Positions 10,766 to 16,663 of a DNA stretch of 25,503 bases are shown piece by piece. Origin of the DNA: Caedibacter taeniospiralis (GTDB lineage Bacteria > Pseudomonadota > Gammaproteobacteria > Francisellales > Francisellaceae); contig NZ_PGGB02000006.1 of the NCBI RefSeq assembly GCF_002803295.2, positions 65,519 through 91,021 on the forward strand, in the 5' to 3' direction. The notes under the pieces were generated by a model that searched no databases, was not told the DNA's origin, and worked only from the letters and a program-made list of their open reading frames with translations. The position numbers were made by a program, and so were the translations under genes. Numbering within the stretch: the first letter of the stretch is position 1; every line of letters begins with the position of its first letter.

Positions 10766-11344
10766 TTATAGCTCAACTCGACTATCTTCTAGCGTTTGGC
10801 GTTTTTCATCACTGACCTGCCAGTAGATGAAGTTCTCATCAAGTTTGCTCTTGAACATGTTGACAACCATTCCTGCAATCATCGATTTTTTGTGTGCATT
10901 ATATTTCTCGATACTGTCGTTAAATGCCTGCTTGGAAAAAGCGAGTTTATTTTCGGTTGAGGTAATTTCCTCTTGTAATTGCATAACGTTCTGATTGGCT
11001 TTTAAATCGGGGTAGTTTTCAAATTGAACGTTTAAACTGCCTGCAATTTTCGAGATCTCATTTTCAGCCGCCATGCGCGTTTCCGCATCCCCCTGTGCTT
11101 TGGCGTGGATTGCCTGGTTTCTTAAGGCTGTGACATCCTTTAAGGTGGTTTGCTCATAGTCCATGTATTTTTTGACGACATTGATCAGTGATTCAAAGAC
11201 TTTGCCGCGTCGATCTAATTGCACATCAATCTGACGTTCAGAGTTTTTAACGGCTTCTATTTCCGCGATCAGGCTGTTGTAAGTCATCAAAACATAAATA
11301 AAGATCAATGCTAAGATGACGACGATAATAATGAGGGCAGTCAT
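10766..11344 (-). CDS. lemA: LemA family membrane protein
   Basis: It has an N-terminal TM helix followed by YNSLIAEIEAVKNSERQIDVQLDRRGKVFESLINVVKKY, the characteristic LemA pattern. It lies 3 nt upstream of the M48 protease gene, which is a widespread gene pair. Confidence 0.9.
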   Translation of the reverse strand: MTALIIIVVILALIFIYVLMTYNSLIAEIEAVKNSERQIDVQLDRRGKVFESLINVVKKYMDYEQTTLKDVTALRNQAIHAKAQGDAETRMAAENEISKIAGSLNVQFENYPDLKANQNVMQLQEEITSTENKLAFSKQAFNDSIEKYNAHKKSMIAGMVVNMFKSKLDENFIYWQVSDEKRQTLEDSRVEL

Positions 11345-11580
11345 GGTATAAACTCCTAAAATAAATTGATTACTAAATTATCAAGCACGCATAATTTGCC
11401 ACGTATGTTGCTGGCATTCAAGTTTAATGTGTTTCATAATGGCGGTATTTTTAAGGTGGTGAGACTATATTTCCGTCCATTACTTGAGTGTGAGTGTGAC
11501 ACTGATTACTCACACCGACACGCTTGGGCAAATTATTTGCACAAGTCCATTGTTAAAATTAACATTTGCGAGTGTAGACT

Positions 11581-12264
11581 ATGTTGGAGTTAGTAACTGT
11601 TGAACCAGGGCGGAAGGCAACGCACGCCGTTATTTGGCTACATGGTTTGGGTGCCGATGGGCATGATTTTGAGGCTATCGTGCCTGAGCTCACGTTACCT
11701 CAAAATGCGGGGATTCGTTTTATCTTCCCACATGCTCCTGTGCAGCCTGTTACCATTAATATGGGAATGAAAATGCGTGCGTGGTATGACATCAAACGCA
11801 TTGATGATATTAGGCGGGATATTGATTGTAAGGGGATTGAAGACTCACTAAGCGCATTGGATGAAATTATTCAAGCAGAGCTTAGTCGCGGGATTGCAGT
11901 TGAAAATATCATCATCGCGGGTTTCTCACAAGGGGGTGCTATTGCAGCTTTAGCTGGGCTTACCATGGCATATAAATTTGCAGGCATTGTATCGTTATCA
12001 ACTTACTTACCTGATTGGGACTACTTTAAGCAAAAACTCACGCTGACAAATAGAAATACGCCATTTTTTATAGGTCATGGTACTGAAGATTCAGTGGTTC
12101 CACTTGCCGCAGGAGAGCTGTTAAATAATACTTTGCAGCAGCAAGGCATTACCACCTGTTTTCATCGCTATACCATGGAGCATAGTGTATGTATGCCAGA
12201 GATTAAGGATATTAGTCGGTTTATTCAATCCTGCTATAGGCTAATCAATGACACTGCCAACTAA
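11581..12264 (+). CDS. Alpha/beta-hydrolase carboxylesterase/phospholipase family protein
   Basis: IWLHGLGADGHDF, the nucleophile elbow GFSQGG, the Asp in GHGTEDSVVP, and the His in MEHSV are all present. At 227 aa it fits the phospholipase/carboxylesterase (esterase YpfH/carboxylesterase 2-like) family. Confidence 0.8.
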   Translation: MLELVTVEPGRKATHAVIWLHGLGADGHDFEAIVPELTLPQNAGIRFIFPHAPVQPVTINMGMKMRAWYDIKRIDDIRRDIDCKGIEDSLSALDEIIQAELSRGIAVENIIIAGFSQGGAIAALAGLTMAYKFAGIVSLSTYLPDWDYFKQKLTLTNRNTPFFIGHGTEDSVVPLAAGELLNNTLQQQGITTCFHRYTMEHSVCMPEIKDISRFIQSCYRLINDTAN

Positions 12265-13165
12265 ACTCACCATTGCTTCGAGGGATAGCAAATTGGCATT
12301 GTGGCAAAGTCACTATGTTAAGGATTTATTAGAAAAAGCGCATCCAGATTTAACTTGTGAAATCATAACCATGAAAACCCAAGGGGATAAAATTCTTGAT
12401 CGTCCGCTCAATGAAATCGGTGGCAAAGCGCTTTTTATGAAAGAGCTTGAAGTGGCCATGGAGGAAGGCAAAGCAGATATTGCCGTGCATTCACTAAAAG
12501 ATGTGCCCTATGAATTGCCAGAGGGTTTTGCTTTGGGGGCATTTTGTGCGCGTGAGAATCCACAAGATGCCTTTGTTTCTAATGATTTTGCTGAGTTAGA
12601 TGACCTGCCAGAGGGTGCGGTTGTGGGGACTTCAAGCTTACGGCGTAAGGCACAGCTTTTAGCCTATCGCCCAGATTTGAAAATGTGCGATTTGCGTGGC
12701 AATGTACAGACTCGTTTAAAAAAACTCGATGATGGGCAGTATGATGCGATTATCCTGGCAGCAGCGGGATTAATTCGTTTAGGTCTACAAGCAAGGATTA
12801 ACAGCTTTATTGATGTAAATATTTCATTACCTGCTGTGGGTCAGGGTATTATTGTGGTTGAATACTTATCTCAAAGCACACAGATCAAAGAGTTATTAAG
12901 TAAAATTGATCATCAGGATGCCAGAGAGTGTGCGTTAGCAGAGCGCAGTTTTAATGAAGCGTTACAGGGCGGTTGTCATGCGCCAATTGCTGCATTTTGT
13001 AGGAAGGAGCAGGATAAGCTGTTATTAACTGCCATGGTAGCAACTGTAAACGGGAAAATGCTTTTGCGTGACCAGTTTATTGGTGAAGATGCAGAAAATT
13101 TAGGAAAGGCATTGGCTGAAAAAATGATTATTCAAGGGGCAAAAAAAATTTTGCAGCAAGTGTAA
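12248..13165 (+). CDS. hemC: Porphobilinogen deaminase (hydroxymethylbilane synthase)
   Basis: LTIASRDSKLALWQ, TQGDKILD and SSLRRKAQL are present, along with the cofactor-binding Cys in GGCHAPIAAF. The protein is 305 aa. Confidence 0.95.
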   Translation: MTLPTKLTIASRDSKLALWQSHYVKDLLEKAHPDLTCEIITMKTQGDKILDRPLNEIGGKALFMKELEVAMEEGKADIAVHSLKDVPYELPEGFALGAFCARENPQDAFVSNDFAELDDLPEGAVVGTSSLRRKAQLLAYRPDLKMCDLRGNVQTRLKKLDDGQYDAIILAAAGLIRLGLQARINSFIDVNISLPAVGQGIIVVEYLSQSTQIKELLSKIDHQDARECALAERSFNEALQGGCHAPIAAFCRKEQDKLLLTAMVATVNGKMLLRDQFIGEDAENLGKALAEKMIIQGAKKILQQV

Positions 13166-13166
13166 A

Positions 13167-13442
13167 TTACATTCCAAAAATACCGGCATGACTGCCAATG
13201 TCTATGAGTGTAATACTGTTACTATCGACTTTGATGTATAAAAGCAGATCATCAGGTTTTAAATGCAGCTCCCTAATCCCTTTTAAATTGCCTTTTAGCT
13301 CATGATCTTTGTATTTCCTGGGAATTGGTTTTTCGCTGATCAGAAGTGCAATAACGATTCTAAGTTCTTGCAGGACAGCTTTATTAGCACGGTATTTTTT
13401 CAGAGACTTAATGAATCGCTTCTTCTGAATGATTTCAAGCAT
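13167..13442 (-). CDS. Type II toxin, RelE/ParE superfamily, YafQ-like mRNA interferase
   Basis: The protein is 91 aa. KYKDHELKGNLKGIRELHLKPDDLLLYIKVD...IDIGSHAGIF matches the YafQ-type pattern (DH-L-G...RE-H--PD-LL-Y...GSH). It overlaps the upstream antitoxin by 8 nt. Confidence 0.8.
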   Translation of the reverse strand: MLEIIQKKRFIKSLKKYRANKAVLQELRIVIALLISEKPIPRKYKDHELKGNLKGIRELHLKPDDLLLYIKVDSNSITLIDIGSHAGIFGM

Positions 13443-13662
13443 TTTTAATTATCTCATCAAGTTCTTTTAAAAAGTTTTCGCCACTACAGTGCACATCACC
13501 ATTTGTCTCTAATAAAGATTTCTCTAGCGGGGAAAGTGTCTTTCTGTAAGCGTCAGCAAGCAATAGTCTGGCATATGAGCTTGTCGATAGTCCTGCTTCT
13601 TTTGCGCTAGCCTGAAGGCTCTTGGCCAAGTTGTCTTCTAACATCACTTGTATTTTCTGCAT
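13435..13662 (-). CDS. Ribbon-helix-helix antitoxin, partner of the YafQ-like toxin
   Basis: KIQVMLEDNLAKSLQASAKEAGLSTSSYARLLLADAY is RHH-like. The preferred start is ATG 13662, preceded by AAGGTG. The ATGATG at 13683 is an alternative start. Confidence 0.65.
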   Translation of the reverse strand: MQKIQVMLEDNLAKSLQASAKEAGLSTSSYARLLLADAYRKTLSPLEKSLLETNGDVHCSGENFLKELDEIIKNA

Positions 13663-13674
13663 AAAATCACCTTT

Positions 13675-13697
13675 AATCATCATGATTCACAATGATT
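13675..13697. promoter_or_regulatory. Candidate TA operator: palindrome AATCAT-C-ATGATT plus a third ATGATT half-site
   Basis: AATCAT at 13675-13680 and ATGATT at 13682-13687 form an inverted repeat, and ATGATT recurs at 13692-13697. The site is immediately upstream of the antitoxin RBS. RHH antitoxins typically autoregulate through such repeats. Confidence 0.3.
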
Positions 13698-13735
13698 AAT
13701 TCTAGCATGCGAATTGCTCACTGTCGTTGAATTTT

Positions 13736-14299
13736 TCAAAGAAAAACTGATTTCTCAACAAAGCGCAAAAGCCCGAAAAAGCTCTCCTGAAAAGGACGCC
13801 TAACATAATCGTGATAAGGTTTTGTGACTAAAATCGGGAAACTGCCTGCTAAAATGCAGGCAAGGCACCCTGTGAGGAGTCTATCATCGATCAGTGCTAA
13901 TTCATGCGATTTACAGTGAGCGATTTCCTGGATCTTAAGTAAACCATCTGGATAGGGCTTTTTTGCCACGCCGTCAATAAAACGAATATTGGGGAAATGT
14001 TGTGCAAAATATTGCGCGCGCGCTACTGTCGGCTTGTTGGAAAGAATAAAGATATTTTGTTCAGGGTATTTTTGGCATAAAAGCTTAAGCCAGGCAAAAA
14101 TGACCTGGTTGGGTAAGGGCTGACCATGGGGAGCCAAAACTCCATCAAAGTCTAAAGCAATATATCGAATTCCGAGTTTTTCGAGCTTGTCAGGGTTTAA
14201 TTGAGTAACGGTTTCAACCTGATGCTTTTTTTGTGCTATGGCTTTGATTTTATTGCGTTGATACCAGCTCATTTTGATCGTAAAACTAACTCTTCCCAT
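13736..14299 (-). CDS. HAD-superfamily IIIA phosphatase (YqeG-like)
   Basis: HAD motif I DxDxx is present in IALDFDGVLAPHG, followed by LSNKP, AKKPYP and IDDRLLTG. The protein is 187 aa. The gene starts 7 nt after the reconstructed rsmI stop. Confidence 0.7.
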   Translation of the reverse strand: MGRVSFTIKMSWYQRNKIKAIAQKKHQVETVTQLNPDKLEKLGIRYIALDFDGVLAPHGQPLPNQVIFAWLKLLCQKYPEQNIFILSNKPTVARAQYFAQHFPNIRFIDGVAKKPYPDGLLKIQEIAHCKSHELALIDDRLLTGCLACILAGSFPILVTKPYHDYVRRPFQESFFGLLRFVEKSVFL

Positions 14300-14306
14300 C
14301 GTGTTG

Positions 14307-14489
14307 CTATTCCTGCTCTTTTTTATATTCTGGATGACTTTCCTGCAGCTTGAGTGCTTTTTTATAAAGCATGTTTTTTTTGCCCTGCATCAGCTCAACT
14401 GCAATGCTCACCGCTTTTTTAATTGGTAGCTCCTGCATGAGTAAAGTCAGTAATCGATTTTCATCGATGGAGGTTGCTTCAGGCTTTTC
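14307..14489 (-). pseudogene. rsmI: C-terminal ~60 codons of rsmI displaced into another reading frame by the A9 run
   Basis: The alternate frame reads EKPEATSIDENRLLTLLMQELPIKKAVSIAVELMQGKKNMLYKKALKLQESHPEYKKEQE*. The ELP-KKA...GKKN-LY--AL pattern matches the conserved RsmI C-terminal helices as I recall them from E. coli RsmI. Confidence 0.6.
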
Positions 14490-15189
14490 CTTTTTTTTTC
14501 CCTTCTATAAGAATGACAAATTCACCTTTAGTCAAGGCAAGGTCTGTGCTAAAGAGCGTTAAAATCTCCGCGGCTGTACCATCCATAAAGCGTTCAAACT
14601 GTTTGGTGAGCTCTTTTGCAACGACAAGTTGGTGATTGGGCAGCGTATCAGCAATGTCATGCAAGGTTGCCACAATGCGATGTGTTGACTCATAAAAGGA
14701 GCTCGTCATCGTGGCGTGTTCAATGCCTTGCAGGATTTTTTTGCGAGCTCCTGATTTAGCGGGAAGAAAACCTCTAAATTGAAAATTATCCGTAGCAAGT
14801 CCTGCAGAGGATAATGCTGTAATCAATGCGCAAGCTCCTGGCAGTGGGACTACTTTGTAACCCTGGGACTTAATGGTTTTGACCAGATGAAAGCCAGGGT
14901 CACTAATCAAAGGAGTTCCCGCATCACTGACCAAAAGCGTAATTTTATGCTCACTCAAGTGCTGAATTAACAGGTCAACTCGTGCTTCTTCATTATGCTC
15001 GTGGCATGAGATAAGCACCGGTGGTTTAATGCCATACTGCTCCAGGAGTTTTCTGGTAACACGTGTGTCTTCAGCAAAAATGACCTCAGCAGCTTTTAAC
15101 GCTTCTAACGCACGCAGAGTGATGTCCTGCAAGTTACCAATGGGTGTGGCAACAACATATAAAACCCCGCGTTCGATTTGGTTTTTCAT
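14479..15189 (-). CDS. rsmI: 16S rRNA (cytidine1402-2'-O)-methyltransferase, N-terminal and catalytic part; frame terminates just after an A9 run
   Basis: GVLYVVATPIGNLQDITLRALEALK, SDAGTPLISDPG and YESTHR indicate a tetrapyrrole-methylase fold typical of RsmI. I moved the start to ATG 15189 (MKNQIERG). The protein ends prematurely as ...ILIEGKKKGKA*. Confidence 0.9.
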   Translation of the reverse strand: MKNQIERGVLYVVATPIGNLQDITLRALEALKAAEVIFAEDTRVTRKLLEQYGIKPPVLISCHEHNEEARVDLLIQHLSEHKITLLVSDAGTPLISDPGFHLVKTIKSQGYKVVPLPGACALITALSSAGLATDNFQFRGFLPAKSGARKKILQGIEHATMTSSFYESTHRIVATLHDIADTLPNHQLVVAKELTKQFERFMDGTAAEILTLFSTDLALTKGEFVILIEGKKKGKA

Positions 15190-15219
15190 AAACTCTTCTA
15201 CATACCTTAATTTGTGTGC

Positions 15220-15244
15220 AAGCATGCTCTAAGATGGCATGCTT
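15220..15244. promoter_or_regulatory. Hairpin/inverted repeat AAGCATGC-N9-GCATGCTT between the AlbA_2-like gene and rsmI
   Basis: This is a perfect 8-bp stem with a 9-nt loop, and each arm contains GCATGC. It lies 31-55 nt upstream of the rsmI ATG and about 50 nt downstream of the preceding stop. No U-tract follows on the minus strand. Confidence 0.3.
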
Positions 15245-15292
15245 CAAGTAAACAGATTGTTGTGTTTATACAGTTCACCTTTATTGCCGCAT

Positions 15293-16663
15293 TCATATAA
15301 CTTTCTCACGTATTTTCCAATAACCTCTTGTGCCGCTAATCCTCTGAATATAACCTGCTTCTCTAAGTTGCTTAATATTTTTTTCGATAGCTGAGGTAGT
15401 TATTGAAAGTATTTTGGATATTTGTGCTGCTGAAATTTTAGGGTTATTTTTCATTTCGGTTAGTATCTTAAATTTAGTATTACCCAACTCATTACCCAAC
15501 TCATTACCCAACTCATTACCCAACTCATTACCCAACTCATTACCTAAGTTGAGTGCTTTGTGCAACTCAAGCAGAATACCTCCAGACCTTTCTGTAATTT
15601 TAGGGCTTGGCATGTATGCACGCTTGCAAGCATCGGCAATTTTCTCAATACCACGTCCCCATGAGTCGATATAACCTGCTCGGTAGCATACTTCCGCGAT
15701 CAAGGGATTGCGAGGGATAGATTCATGGGTTTTAAATAATTGCTCAATGGATAATTCTTCAGGCAATATCCCTGCATTCCATAGTGTCAGATGGCTATCA
15801 TAGACTTTCATCTGCGTCATACTGCCAAGGTAATTACGGTGAACTAGTGCATTTAGTAGCATTTCACGCAGAGCAGTCACAGGATACTCCAGCTCTTCAA
15901 TACGCTTGATCCCTTCAAATCGAACAGGCTTGATCAGAAATTTCTTTTCTAATTGCTCTATTACGTCATACAGTATCTGAATCAGATTGCCTTCACATAC
16001 CTCCTGAAAGCGCAGGTCGACACCTGTTTTGCCGAAACGACCTATTTTTACAAATAGGTTAGGGTAGAACTCGCCAGGGTCTTTACCAAATAAAATGATA
16101 GCTGCACGCGTTATACCATGTCGTGTGATTAAATGTAGTTTTTTTAATACTTCTCTAGGCGTTAATTTGCTTAGATCTGGAAGACGCCCTGCCAAAGCCG
16201 CATCAGACTTAAAACTCGCAATGGTTGCTTCATCAATGTCGTCTAAACTTGCATTTTCCTCAATGGTGCTATCCCATGTTACGCCCATCTTATGCATTAA
16301 AAAATCAGTTAAAGCATTTCCTTTGAGTTCTTGCTTTGTACTTCCTGAGCGCCAGTAGTATGCCCCTCGCAGTGAAATGGGGACGCCTGAGGGTTCAACA
16401 ATAATTTCAAGATATGCTTTTTCTTCCTGAATAAGCAGATTAATTTTTGGCATTAAACCAAGATGGTCACGAATTTTATTCGGTAGCTCTTCCAGAAGCC
16501 TTTTTGCATTTGATAGTCCAATGACTTTTCCATAGTCGTCAACACCAATGTATATTTTTCCACCTTGTGCATTGGCAAAGCCACATATCCATTTTAAATA
16601 CTCATCTTGCCAGGAAGATTTCCATTCAATGTTTTGTGATTCAGAATGCTTAGAGGTTTTCAT
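15293..16663 (-). CDS. AlbA_2 (Schlafen-like divergent AAA) + HATPase_c_4-like + C-terminal winged-HTH protein; putative ATP-dependent nucleic-acid-binding protein of unknown function
   Basis: The N-terminus ESQNIEWKSSW...FANAQGGKIYIGVDDYGKVIGL is the AlbA_2 pattern. LREMLLNALVHRNY...WGRGIEKI is the HATPase_c_4 pattern. The C-terminal KISAAQISKILSITTSAIEKNIKQLREAGYI is HTH-like. The start ATG overlaps the murC stop (ATGA at 16660-16663). Confidence 0.8.
   Translation of the reverse strand: MKTSKHSESQNIEWKSSWQDEYLKWICGFANAQGGKIYIGVDDYGKVIGLSNAKRLLEELPNKIRDHLGLMPKINLLIQEEKAYLEIIVEPSGVPISLRGAYYWRSGSTKQELKGNALTDFLMHKMGVTWDSTIEENASLDDIDEATIASFKSDAALAGRLPDLSKLTPREVLKKLHLITRHGITRAAIILFGKDPGEFYPNLFVKIGRFGKTGVDLRFQEVCEGNLIQILYDVIEQLEKKFLIKPVRFEGIKRIEELEYPVTALREMLLNALVHRNYLGSMTQMKVYDSHLTLWNAGILPEELSIEQLFKTHESIPRNPLIAEVCYRAGYIDSWGRGIEKIADACKRAYMPSPKITERSGGILLELHKALNLGNELGNELGNELGNELGNELGNTKFKILTEMKNNPKISAAQISKILSITTSAIEKNIKQLREAGYIQRISGTRGYWKIREKVI
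15479..15550. repeat. Tandem 12-nt repeat ATTACCCAACTC x5 perfect plus one degenerate copy (9/12)
   Basis: Counted directly from the sequence. It is in frame in the minus-strand CDS and encodes NLGN(ELGN)5, which lies between the HATPase_c_4-like region and the C-terminal HTH. Confidence 0.95.

Noticed and set aside
11366-11593. A 75-aa plus-strand ORF filling the lemA/esterase intergenic region.
   Set aside because: It has a TTG start and no RBS. The sequence is Cys/His-rich and unrecognisable, and it overlaps the esterase start. It is more likely non-coding promoter or leader DNA.
14371-14562. A 63-aa plus-strand ORF in the apparent gap between the HAD gene and rsmI.
   Set aside because: It is antisense to sequence that, on the minus strand, encodes the conserved RsmI C-terminus in a shifted frame. 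It is explained by the A9 frameshift, not by a real gene.
15414-15674. An 86-aa plus-strand ORF containing (PNSL)n.
   Set aside because: It is the antisense reading of the 12-nt repeat inside the AlbA_2-like CDS, and it has no independent support.
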